From: Actinomycetes bacterium
GTDB lineage: Bacteria > Actinomycetota > Acidimicrobiia > Acidimicrobiales > RAAP-2
Assembly: GCA_021801235.1 (NCBI GenBank)
Contig: JAJYYG010000054.1
Span: forward strand, 2,794-66,793
Length of the DNA stretch: 64,000 nucleotides
Direction of reading: 5' to 3'
Numbering within the stretch: position 1 is the stretch's first letter; each line of letters opens with the position of its first letter. A program made the translations under genes and the position numbers. Below, piece by piece: positions 47,748 through 56,294 of this stretch. A model generated the notes under the pieces. That model searched no databases and was not told the origin of the DNA. It was given only the letters and a program-made list of their open reading frames with translations.

Positions 47748-49148
47748 TCAGGCCACCCAGACGGACTTCACGTTGCAGAACTCGCGGATCCCGTGGGCGG
47801 ACAGCTCGCGCCCGACCCCCGAGGTCTTGATCCCTCCGAAGGGCAGCTCGGGCATCGAGGCGACCATGCCGTTGACGAACACCTGGCCGGCCTCCAGGCC
47901 CAGGACGAAGCGCTGTTGCTCCTCCGGATCGGCAGTCCACACGCTCGACCCCAACCCGAAGTCCGTGCCGTTGGCCACAGCCAGCGCCTCCTCGGCCGAG
48001 CCCACCCGGTAGAGGAGGGCCACCGGCCCGAACACTTCCTCGGTGGCGACCCGCATCTGCGGGGTGATGCCGGTCAACACCGTCGGCCGGTAGAAGTAGC
48101 CGGCCCGGTCGGGTCCCTGCGGCCCCGTCATGCGTTCCCCGCCGCAGAGGACCGACGCCCCGTGGGCGCGGGCGTCCTCCACCAGGGCCTCGATGTGGTC
48201 CCGGGCCACCTCGGTCACCAACGGCCCGATCTCCGTGGCGGGATCGAACGGGTCACCGACCACCAGCGCCGCGGTGGCTGCCACGAAGGCGTCCGTGAAC
48301 GCGTCGTAGACCGCGTCGTGGACGATGAACCGCTTGGCGGCGATGCACGACTGCCCGTTGTTCTGGTTGCGGGCCTGGACCCCCACCGCCACCGCCCGGT
48401 CGAGGTCGGCGCTCGGCAGCACGATGAACGGGTCGCTCCCCCCCAGCTCGAGCACGACCTTCTTGATCGCGGAGCCGGCCTGGGCGGCCACCGCCCGGCC
48501 CGCTCCGACACTGCCGGTGAGGGTCACCGCCTTCACCCTGCGGTCGGCGATGAGGGCCGGCACCTGGTCGACGCCGATGAGCAGGGTCTGGAAGACCCCG
48601 TCGGGGGCGCCGGCCCGCCGGAAGAGGTCCTCGAGCGCCAGCGCGGTCCGCGACACGTTCGGCGCGTGCTTCAACAGGCCCACGTTGCCCGCCATCACCG
48701 CCGGTGCGGCGAACCGCACCACCTGCCAGAGCGGGAAGTTCCACGGCATGATGGCGAGCACCGGCCCGAGCGGCTGATAGATCACCCGGGCCGACGACGC
48801 GTCGGTGGCCACCTCCTCGTCGGCCAACAGGGCCTCTCCGTGCTCGGCGAACCACCGGAACGCCTTGGCGCACTTGCCCACCTCGCCCTTGGCCTGGGCG
48901 AAGGGCTTGCCCATCTCGGTGGTGAGGAGATGGGCCAGGTCGGGAAGCTCCCCTTCGAGCAGCTCGGCCACCGTCACCAGCAGACGCCGGCGAGCCTCGA
49001 AGCCGGTGGCCGCCCAGGCGGTCGCGGCCCGGGCGGCGGTCTCGAGACGCCGCTCCACCTCGGTGGCGTCGTACGGCTCGAAGGACTCCAGCAGCTCCCC
49101 GGTGGCGGGGTTGACGGAGGCGAGTGGGGGGCCGGCATCGGAGGTCAT
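47748..49148 (-). CDS. NAD(P)+-dependent aldehyde dehydrogenase (succinate-semialdehyde dehydrogenase-like)
   Basis: Re-called ATG at 49148 (MTSDAGPPLASVNPATGE). Motifs: VLELGGSDP, NNGQSCIAAKR, EEVFGPV. 466 aa. The ATG overlaps the upstream stop (ATGA). Confidence 0.9.
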   Translation of the reverse strand: MTSDAGPPLASVNPATGELLESFEPYDATEVERRLETAARAATAWAATGFEARRRLLVTVAELLEGELPDLAHLLTTEMGKPFAQAKGEVGKCAKAFRWFAEHGEALLADEEVATDASSARVIYQPLGPVLAIMPWNFPLWQVVRFAAPAVMAGNVGLLKHAPNVSRTALALEDLFRRAGAPDGVFQTLLIGVDQVPALIADRRVKAVTLTGSVGAGRAVAAQAGSAIKKVVLELGGSDPFIVLPSADLDRAVAVGVQARNQNNGQSCIAAKRFIVHDAVYDAFTDAFVAATAALVVGDPFDPATEIGPLVTEVARDHIEALVEDARAHGASVLCGGERMTGPQGPDRAGYFYRPTVLTGITPQMRVATEEVFGPVALLYRVGSAEEALAVANGTDFGLGSSVWTADPEEQQRFVLGLEAGQVFVNGMVASMPELPFGGIKTSGVGRELSAHGIREFCNVKSVWVA

Positions 49149-50554
49149 GGGTCGATTCTCCCCCACGACGCCCCGGACCGGTAGCCGAGCTGGTCGAGGA
49201 TCCTCCCCCGCTGGACCTTGCCGGTGGCGGTGGTCGGCAGGGAGTCCACCGCCACGTACTCCTTCGGCCGCTTGTACGGTGCCAGGCGCGAGGCTGCCCG
49301 GGCGCGGAGCGCGTCCACGAGCCCGTCCGCCGCCCGGCCCGGGAGCAGCCCACCGGCGGGGACCACCGCGGCGGCCACCCGCTGCCCCCACGCCTCGTCG
49401 GGGACGGCGAACACCGCGACCGCTTCCACGCCGGGGACGTCACAGAGCACCGATTCCACCTCGGCCGGGTACACGTTCACCCCGCCGGAGATGATGAGGT
49501 CGTCGCGACGGCCGTCGAGGTAGAGGTACCCGTCGTCGTCGAGCCGTCCCAGGTCGCCGACGGTGAACGCCCCGTCGCGCCACGCGGCGGCGGTGGAAGC
49601 GGCGTCCCGCCAGTACTCGAACCGGGCGAACGCCGGCGGCCGGCACCAGACGGTCCCCTCGGGGTCGACCGAGAGCGTCCGTCCCGGCCGGGCCCGGCCA
49701 ACGGTGCCGGGATGCCGCTCCCACTCCTCCGGTGAGCACGCCGTGAACTGGCCTTCGGTGGAGCCGTAGAACTCCCAGAGCGCCCCGGCCCTCACCCGCG
49801 ACAGAGCGGCGCGCTTGACCGGGTCCGGGCAGGGCGACCCGGCGTGGACCAAGAGGCGAAGGTGGTCGAGCGGAGCGGGCGACGGCCCGAGGGCGAGGAC
49901 CCGCTGCAGGGCGGTCGGTGCCATGAACGTGGTGGTGGGGACCGGACCGGCCGCGCCCGCCAGCACGTCGCCGGCGACTCGGGCCTCGAAGCGTCCGAGC
50001 ACGATGCACGTTCCGCCCCGCAGCAGGGTCCCCCCGGCGAATCGGACGGCGACCGAGTGGTAGAGCGGCGAACAGACCAGGTGGACGTCGTCGGGTCCGA
50101 ACCCCCACAGGTCGGCCTCGTCGGCGAAGGCGGACGCCGCGGCCACCGGGTCCCACACCCCCGACCAGACCCCCTTCGCCCGGCCCGTCGTCCCCGAGGT
50201 GTAGTGCATGGGGCGCCCGAGGGGGTAGGGGGCCAGGTCCACCGGCGGGCCGTCGTCGAGCGCGGCGAGGCCGGCCGGCTCGGTCACCACCAGTGCCGGG
50301 TCGCTGTCGGCGACGAGCGCATCGCGCTCCGCGTCGAGCAGGGTGGCGTTGACGAGGACGGGGATCACGCCGGTCCGGAGCGCCCCGAGTACCGCACAGA
50401 GCAGTGCGGCGGAAGAGGGGAGGCAGAACGCAACCCGGTCCCCTCGGGCGAGCCCCCGGGCCGCCAACGCTCCGGCAGCCCGCCGCTGGGCCGCCTCGGC
50501 TGACGCGGCGGTGAGCACCTCGACACCGGGAGGGACGGCCGGGACAGATGTCAA
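49145..50554 (-). CDS. AMP-dependent acyl-CoA synthetase/ligase
   Basis: AMP-binding motif YTSGTTGRAKG, hinge GDLGRLDDDGYLYLDGRRDD, and PTTATGKVQR. Proposed TTG start at 50554 overlaps the MFS stop (TTGA). The start is uncertain. Confidence 0.8.
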   Translation of the reverse strand: MTSVPAVPPGVEVLTAASAEAAQRRAAGALAARGLARGDRVAFCLPSSAALLCAVLGALRTGVIPVLVNATLLDAERDALVADSDPALVVTEPAGLAALDDGPPVDLAPYPLGRPMHYTSGTTGRAKGVWSGVWDPVAAASAFADEADLWGFGPDDVHLVCSPLYHSVAVRFAGGTLLRGGTCIVLGRFEARVAGDVLAGAAGPVPTTTFMAPTALQRVLALGPSPAPLDHLRLLVHAGSPCPDPVKRAALSRVRAGALWEFYGSTEGQFTACSPEEWERHPGTVGRARPGRTLSVDPEGTVWCRPPAFARFEYWRDAASTAAAWRDGAFTVGDLGRLDDDGYLYLDGRRDDLIISGGVNVYPAEVESVLCDVPGVEAVAVFAVPDEAWGQRVAAAVVPAGGLLPGRAADGLVDALRARAASRLAPYKRPKEYVAVDSLPTTATGKVQRGRILDQLGYRSGASWGRIDP

Positions 50555-51915
50555 CTGGGCTCCACTGCCGGTGGACCTCCCGCGGGAGCGCCGGCAGCCG
50601 GACGGGTCGCCGTCACCTCCGTTCGCAGGGACGGTGGGCCGGGCGAGGATGCGGGAGCGGTCCCACCGGCGGCCATCACCGGCAGGGCGACCGGCTCGGG
50701 CGGGTCCCCGAGGTTGGCCAGCAGCCCGGGCCGGCCCACGGCCAGCAGACCCAGCACCACCAGCAGGGCAAGGGCGCCCCCGACCGTCACCGCCCGCACC
50801 CCGACGTGGTCGGCGATCAGCCCTTGCACCACCGCACCCGCCGGATAGACGATCCCCAGCACCATCATGTAGACGCCGAGCACCCGCCCCCGGGCCTCGG
50901 CGGGGGCGCGGATCTGCACGACGGTGTTCAGACCGGCCAGCACCGCGATGTAGCCGGCGCCCACCAGGGTGAACGTGATCGCCGACCACCACAGTGTCGG
51001 GGAGATGCCGTAGTTCACCAGCAGCAGCGGCAGCAGGAAGAGCGACCCCCGCACGATCCGCTGACGGCCCAGCTGCTCCGCCAGGGTGGGGAGGACCAGG
51101 GCGCCGGCCACCGCCCCGACCCCCTGGGCCGTCACCAGCACGGCGGTGCCGCCCTCGCCGTGGTGGAGCGCGGCCGACATCACCGGGACCAGCGCGATGA
51201 ACGGAGAGGCGAGCAGCGCGACGATGCCGATCATCACCACCGCGCTCCGGCAACCGGGCTCCGACCAGGCGGCGCGCACCCCGTCCGCGATGCGTTCCGC
51301 CATGCCCACGCCCCCCGGTGACCGGGCCGGCCGTGGTAGGCGCACGAGCGCCAAGGCGATCAGCACGGCGGCGAACGACGCGGCGTTGATCCCGAACGCG
51401 AGGGTGTAGTCGTGGTGGAGGAGCGCCAGTCCGGCCGCAGCAGGACCCACGACCCGACCTAGGTTGAACTGGGCGGACGACAGTGAGATCGCCCCCAGCA
51501 GGTCCTCACGGGGCACCAGGTCCGGAAGCATCGCCTGGTAGGCCGGGAAGCCGATGGCGCCGGCGGATCCTCCGCAGAAGGCGACGACCACCAGGATCCA
51601 CGGCTGGTCGTGGCCCATGGCGACCAGGATGGTCAACGCGGCGGCGAACGACATCTCCCCCGCCGTGGTCACCATCAGCCAGCGCCGCCGGTCGAACCGG
51701 TCGGCCAGGGCCCCGCCCACCGGTGAGAGCAGACCCATCGGGACGAAGGCGGCCGCTGCCACCAGGGTCGTCCAACCCGCCTGGTGGCTCCGTGCGTAGA
51801 CGAGGATCCCGAGGGCGACGGTCTGCATCCAGGTGCCCACGTTGGACACGAGGGCCGAAGACCACACCAGCGCGAAGTTGCGCGATCGGAGGGGGCGGAA
51901 CGATGCCAGGGCCAC
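50551..51915 (-). CDS. MFS transporter (MFS_3 / EntS-like)
   Basis: 454 aa. The N-terminus FRPLRSRNFALVWSSALVSNVGTWMQ is a paralogue-like pattern of the MFS at 19462..20760. Confidence 0.85.
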   Translation of the reverse strand: MALASFRPLRSRNFALVWSSALVSNVGTWMQTVALGILVYARSHQAGWTTLVAAAAFVPMGLLSPVGGALADRFDRRRWLMVTTAGEMSFAAALTILVAMGHDQPWILVVVAFCGGSAGAIGFPAYQAMLPDLVPREDLLGAISLSSAQFNLGRVVGPAAAGLALLHHDYTLAFGINAASFAAVLIALALVRLPRPARSPGGVGMAERIADGVRAAWSEPGCRSAVVMIGIVALLASPFIALVPVMSAALHHGEGGTAVLVTAQGVGAVAGALVLPTLAEQLGRQRIVRGSLFLLPLLLVNYGISPTLWWSAITFTLVGAGYIAVLAGLNTVVQIRAPAEARGRVLGVYMMVLGIVYPAGAVVQGLIADHVGVRAVTVGGALALLVVLGLLAVGRPGLLANLGDPPEPVALPVMAAGGTAPASSPGPPSLRTEVTATRPAAGAPAGGPPAVEPS

Positions 51916-51966
51916 GGAGGGAGGCTACCGGCCGGTCCCGGGTCGAGAGCACGAACCGGTCGGCTC

Positions 51967-52073
51967 GGCCGGTCGGTCGGGCCGGCTGGGCAGCCAGGCC
52001 GGTCGGTCGGGCCGACTGGGCAGCCAGGCCGGTCGGTCGGGCCGGCTGGTCGGTCAGGCCGGCGGAGCGGTCA
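51967..52073. repeat. 30-bp GC-rich tandem repeat, about 3.5 copies (GGCCGGTCGGTCGGGCCGGCTGGGCAGCCA)
   Basis: Copies read at 51967-51996, 51997-52026 (1 mismatch) and 52027-52056 (diverged 3' end), plus a partial copy to about 52073. It lies in the 5' region of the MFS gene that starts at 51915. Confidence 0.85.
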
Positions 52074-52184
52074 GGCCCTGCGCTTGCGGCGCGGTCGGAG
52101 AGCGAACCACCAGATACTGGCCATGGTGAGAACCGCACCGGCCGCTGCCGCCGGCTTGATGATCTTGCGGGTGCGCTGTGCCAT
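52071..52184 (-). CDS. Candidate 37-aa single-pass membrane peptide MAQRTRKIIKPAAAAGAVLTMASIWWFALRPRRKRRA
   Basis: Below the ORF-track size cutoff, so I translated it by hand. ATG at 52184 is preceded by AGGTAGGG. A hydrophobic core is flanked by basic residues. There is no comparative support. Confidence 0.25.
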   Translation of the reverse strand: MAQRTRKIIKPAAAAGAVLTMASIWWFALRPRRKRRA

Positions 52185-52207
52185 GGCGCCGACCCTACCT
52201 TCCCGAC

Positions 52208-52352
52208 GTCCAGATTCTTCTCGGACTCATAGGGAGTCCAGATTCTTCTCGGACTCATAGGGAGTCCAGATTCTTCTCGGACTCATACGGAGTCCAGATT
52301 CTTCTCGGACTCATACGGAGTCCAGATTCTTCTCGGACTCATACGGAGTCCA
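52208..52352. repeat. 28-bp tandem array, 5 full copies plus a degenerate sixth (GTCCAGATTCTTCTCGGACTCATA[G/C]GGA), built from alternating GAGTCC/GGACTC inverted repeats
   Basis: Copies start at 52208, 52236, 52264, 52292 and 52320. The first two carry ATAGGGA and the last three carry ATACGGA. GC is markedly lower than in the surroundings. The array ends 36 nt before the protease ATG (52389). Confidence 0.9.
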
Positions 52353-52388
52353 TACGGTGTCCTTAGGGACGCGGAGGAAGGTGCCTCC

Positions 52389-53813
52389 ATGACCTATGAC
52401 CCGCAGCACCCCGAATCCCACTGGGCACTCGGAGACGAGACCGGGGAGCATCTCGTCGGGCGACCGGCACGTCCCTTCGCTCCGCGCCCGGATCTGACCC
52501 CCTCGACGCCCCCCGACCGGTATCCCGCCGCTCCCGACTGGTCCTCACTCGAGCCCGCTCCCACCGGCCGGGTCCCACAGTGGACGGACGTGCCGACCCA
52601 GAGCGGAGGAGGGGTGGGGGGACCACCGGCGGCAGGCTGGCCCCTCGCCGGCGGCGGAGCGGTCGGACCGCCACCGTGGTCCGCAGGCGGCGGTGCCTCG
52701 CGGCGCGCCCCGCGGCGCAGACGTGCCTCCGCGACGGTGGTCGCCGTCGCCGTCCTCCTCGGGGCCGCCGGCGGCGCCGGGGCGGCCGTGGCCGCAGGCC
52801 ACCGGAGCACCGGCGTCGCGGCGGCCGCCGTGCCCGCCATCAAGGTGGCGTCGAGCTCGCCCGCCGCGTCGCCGATCACCCAGATCGTCAAGTCCGTCTC
52901 CCCGTCCATCGTCGAGGTGACCGCCACCGACGGGAGCACGTCCCAGGACGAAGGCACGGGGATGATCATCACGTCCACCGGGGAGGTGCTGACCAACAAC
53001 CACGTCATCGCCGGCGCCACCTCGGTCACGGTGGCGCTGAACGGATCGAGCACGCAGCTCCCGGCCACGATCGTCGGAACCGACCCGAACAAGGACGTGG
53101 CGCTGCTGCAGGTCGCCGGCCAGAGCGGGCTGCCTCCGGTGACGTTCGGCAACTCGAGCCAGGTCCAGGTCGGCGACTCCGTCGTGGCCATCGGGAACGC
53201 GCTGGCCCTCGGGAGCAGCTCGTCGGTCACCTCGGGGATCATCTCGGCGCTGGACCGGACCATCACGGCAGGCGACAGCACGTCGAACGCCACCGAGACG
53301 CTGACCGGGATGCTCCAGACCGATGCCCCGATCAATCCGGGGAACTCGGGAGGCGCACTCCTCAATTCGTCGGGCCAGGTCATCGGCATGAACACCGCGG
53401 CGGCCGGATCGACCCCGAACGGGACGTCCGCCCAGAACATCGGGTTCGCCATCCCGTCCAACGAGCTCGTCTCGCTGATCCCGGGGCTCCGCACCGGTGG
53501 GAACGGGAGCCAGAACAGCTTCGGGTCGTCCAGCTCGTCGGGAAGCCCCGGCTCGGCCGGGTCGTCCAGCCCCTACGGCTCCGGCTCGGCTGGGTCCTCC
53601 AGCTCGTCGGGGAGCTCCGGCTCGGCTGGGTCCTCCAGTCCCTACGGCTCGGGCTCCAGCCCCTACGGCTCCGGCTCCAGCCCCTACGGCTCGGGCTCCA
53701 GCCCCTACGGCTCGGGCTCCAGCCCCTACGGCTCGGGCTCCAGCCCCTACGGCTCGGGCTCCAGCCCCTACGGCTCGGGCGGGTCGTCCAGCCCCTACGG
53801 CTCGGCGTTCTGA
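52389..53813 (+). CDS. HtrA/DegP-like S1C serine protease: Pro-rich cytoplasmic N-terminus, one TM segment, and a Ser/Gly/Pro/Tyr repeat tail instead of a PDZ domain
   Basis: 474 aa. Catalytic triad context is TNNHVI, KDVALLQV and NPGNSGGALL. TM segment is ATVVAVAVLLGAAGGAGAAVAAG. C-terminal tail is (SSPYGSG)x7. GGAGGAAGG ribosome-binding site. Confidence 0.85.
   Translation: MTYDPQHPESHWALGDETGEHLVGRPARPFAPRPDLTPSTPPDRYPAAPDWSSLEPAPTGRVPQWTDVPTQSGGGVGGPPAAGWPLAGGGAVGPPPWSAGGGASRRAPRRRRASATVVAVAVLLGAAGGAGAAVAAGHRSTGVAAAAVPAIKVASSSPAASPITQIVKSVSPSIVEVTATDGSTSQDEGTGMIITSTGEVLTNNHVIAGATSVTVALNGSSTQLPATIVGTDPNKDVALLQVAGQSGLPPVTFGNSSQVQVGDSVVAIGNALALGSSSSVTSGIISALDRTITAGDSTSNATETLTGMLQTDAPINPGNSGGALLNSSGQVIGMNTAAAGSTPNGTSAQNIGFAIPSNELVSLIPGLRTGGNGSQNSFGSSSSSGSPGSAGSSSPYGSGSAGSSSSSGSSGSAGSSSPYGSGSSPYGSGSSPYGSGSSPYGSGSSPYGSGSSPYGSGSSPYGSGGSSSPYGSAF
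53646..53780 (+). repeat. 21-bp in-frame tandem repeat (GGCTC[G/C]GGCTCCAGCCCCTAC) encoding SSPYGSG units
   Basis: Read directly in the 3' end of the protease CDS. About 6-7 near-identical copies sit inside a larger Ser/Gly-rich low-complexity tract that starts near 53520. Confidence 0.85.
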
Positions 53814-53944
53814 GGGCCACCCCCCTTCATCCGCTGACCCCCCAGACCGGTGGACTCCCCCACCCACCGCTGGTGCCCACCGTGGCGCCCGGGACCTCCG
53901 GGCGGCACGGCCGCGCCCGGCGGGGGTCGCGCCCGACCGATGCG

Positions 53945-54697
53945 TCACGGAGGCGGCTCGTCGGGCACCCGGAGCACGACGGCACCCCCGAGTCCCCCGT
54001 CCGCCGCCGCCCGGTCCGCCAGGTCCAGCACGAACCGGGCGACCCAGTCCGGGGAGTTGAACGCGCCGGCCTCGTGCAGCCGGACGAAGCGGTCGACCTC
54101 CGGGAAGTCGGCGGCGTCCGTGGCTCGGATCGTCGCCTGCATGGCCGTGTCGACCACCCCGGGAGCGACGGCGTAGGCCCGGAGGCCGTGGCGTCGCTCC
54201 TCCAACGCGACCACCTCGGTGAGCATGTCCACTGCCGCCTTGGCCGCGCAGTAGGCCGCCCAACCCTCGTAGGGATGGGCGGCCGCCCCCGACGAGATGT
54301 TGACCAGCACGCCACCACCCGGACGGGTCCGCACGTGTCGGGCGAACGCACGGGTGCCGGCGACCACCCCCCCGAGGTTCACCTCCAGGCTCCGTCGGAG
54401 CGCATCCGCCCCGGCATCGGCCAGGGGGCCAACCGGGGCCAGGACCCCCGCGTTGTTGACCCAGAGGTCGATTCGCCCGAAGCGGGCGACCACGTCGTCG
54501 GCGAACCGCTCGAGCGCCCCGGGCTCGGCCACGTCGACCGGGGAGCACAGGGCCTCGGCCCCCCGGGGAATGGTCGGTCGGACGCGGGCGCAGAGCCCGA
54601 GCGCCATGCCCGCCGCCGCGAACGAAGCGGCCATCCCCGCCCCGAGGCCGCGGCTGGCCCCGGTCACCACCGCCACCCGCCGGGGACCGTCCCTCAT
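53945..54697 (-). CDS. Short-chain dehydrogenase/reductase
   Basis: Re-called ATG at 54697 (MRDGPRRVAVVTGASRGLG). Motifs NNAGV and YCAAKAA. 250 aa. Confidence 0.85.
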   Translation of the reverse strand: MRDGPRRVAVVTGASRGLGAGMAASFAAAGMALGLCARVRPTIPRGAEALCSPVDVAEPGALERFADDVVARFGRIDLWVNNAGVLAPVGPLADAGADALRRSLEVNLGGVVAGTRAFARHVRTRPGGGVLVNISSGAAAHPYEGWAAYCAAKAAVDMLTEVVALEERRHGLRAYAVAPGVVDTAMQATIRATDAADFPEVDRFVRLHEAGAFNSPDWVARFVLDLADRAAADGGLGGAVVLRVPDEPPP

Positions 54698-54884
54698 GAC
54701 CGAGCCCCACATGGTGATGCGGACGGGGGTGCTCCAGCAGGTGGTGCCCCTGACGGGCGCGGGTCGATTGCTGGGCTCGACGGTTGCACCGGGCCGACGG
54801 TAGACGCGACGGACCCCGCTCCCGAAACGTGATCGCCCGGGCCCCACGGCGCTGTGGCGATCGTCCGGGATCCGCACTCCCCCG

Positions 54885-56294
54885 TCAGGCAGTCGACACG
54901 AAGACGTTCTTCACCTCGGTGTAGGCGGCGAGCGCCTCCAGACCGAGCTCCCGGCCGAACCCCGACTGCCGGCGTCCCCCGAAGCTGGTCTGCACCCGGA
55001 CGGAGCCGTTCGAGTTGACCGAGAGGTTGCCTGCATCGACGGCCCGGGCCATCCGGAGCGCCCGGGCGCCGTCCCGCGTCCAGATCGATCCGGCCAGGCC
55101 GTAGGTGGTGTCGTTGGCCAGGCGGACGGCATCCTCCTCGCCGTCGAAGGGGATCACCACGGCGACCGGGCCGAAGATCTCCTCCCGGGCCACCCGCCAC
55201 GTCGGATCCGCGGGCGCCACCACGGTCGGCGGGAACCAGGCGCCCGGTCCGGCGGGGACCTGTCCCACGAACCGCGGGACCACGTCGCCGCCCCCGGGAT
55301 CGCCCATCCCGCTCCCGAGGAAGCTGCCGACCACGGCCTGCCGGTCCGTCGAAACCAACGGCCCCATCTGGGTGCGGGGATCGGTCGGATCCCCGACACG
55401 CCAACGGGCCACCGAGTCCCCCAGCAGGTCCAGGAACCGGTCCCACACCGGTCGTTCGACAAGCATGCGGCTGCGCGCACAGCAGTCCTGGCCGGCGTTG
55501 CCGAACACACCGGCCGGCGCCGCGTCGGCCGCCCGCTCGAGATCGGCGTCGGCGAACACGATGTTGGCCGACTTCCCCCCGAGCTCGAGGGTGACCCGCT
55601 TGATCGTGGCCGCCGCTGCGGCCATCACCGTCCTGCCCACCGCGGTGGACCCGGTGAAGGCGACCTTGGCCACGTCGGGATGCTCCACCAGCCGGGCCCC
55701 GGCGACGGGGCCGGAGCCCACGACCACCTCCAGCACGCCGGGAGGAACCCCCGCCTCGAGCGCCAGGTCCCGGAGACGGAGCGCGGTCAGGGGGGTCAGC
55801 TCGGACGGCTTGACGACAACGGTGTTGCCGGTGGCGAGCGCAGGGCCGATCTTCCAGGAGGCGATGGCCGCGGGAAAGTTCCAGGGGACGATGGCGGCCA
55901 CCACCCCCAGCGGCTCGTGGAAGGTCAGGTCGACGCCACCGGCCACCGGCACGGTGTCGCCGCGGTGCTTGTCGACGGCACCGGCGTAGAAGTGGAGCAC
56001 TTCGGCGACCATGGCGATCTCGTCGCGACTGTCGGCGATGGGCTTGCCCACGTTGGCCGTCTCCAGTCGGGCCAGCTCCTCGGCGTGCTCCTCGACCCCC
56101 GTTGCGAACCGCCGGAGCAGCCGCGCCCGGTCGGCGGGAGCCACCGCCCGCCAGACCGGCCCTGCCTCGACGGACCTCGCCACCGCCTCGTCGGTCTCCT
56201 CGGTCCCGGCGAGGGGAAGCTCGACCAGCAGCTCCCCGGTCGCGGGGTTGATGACCCGCATCCGGCCCCCCGTCCCGGTCGACGCCTCGCTCAC
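54885..56294 (-). CDS. NAD+-dependent aldehyde dehydrogenase (gamma-glutamyl-aminoaldehyde / PuuC-like by context)
   Basis: Motifs INPATGE, TLELGGKSA, NAGQDCCARSR and EEIFGPV. The GTG at 56294 overlaps the upstream stop (GTGA). An in-frame ATG at 56261 is an alternative. Confidence 0.9.
   Translation of the reverse strand: MSEASTGTGGRMRVINPATGELLVELPLAGTEETDEAVARSVEAGPVWRAVAPADRARLLRRFATGVEEHAEELARLETANVGKPIADSRDEIAMVAEVLHFYAGAVDKHRGDTVPVAGGVDLTFHEPLGVVAAIVPWNFPAAIASWKIGPALATGNTVVVKPSELTPLTALRLRDLALEAGVPPGVLEVVVGSGPVAGARLVEHPDVAKVAFTGSTAVGRTVMAAAAATIKRVTLELGGKSANIVFADADLERAADAAPAGVFGNAGQDCCARSRMLVERPVWDRFLDLLGDSVARWRVGDPTDPRTQMGPLVSTDRQAVVGSFLGSGMGDPGGGDVVPRFVGQVPAGPGAWFPPTVVAPADPTWRVAREEIFGPVAVVIPFDGEEDAVRLANDTTYGLAGSIWTRDGARALRMARAVDAGNLSVNSNGSVRVQTSFGGRRQSGFGRELGLEALAAYTEVKNVFVSTA

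Noticed and set aside
51506-52258. ORF 51506..52258 (-), which would translate the 30-bp repeats into PARPTGLAAQ decapeptide repeats.
   Set aside because: Its 3' two-thirds overlap the well-supported MFS gene in another frame, and its 5' end runs through the non-triplet 28-bp array. That makes it an artefact of an open GC-rich frame.
52208-52352. The 28-bp direct repeats as a CRISPR array.
   Set aside because: The units are contiguous with no spacers at all, there are only about 5.5 copies, and no cas genes are in the window. It is a tandem minisatellite, not a CRISPR array.
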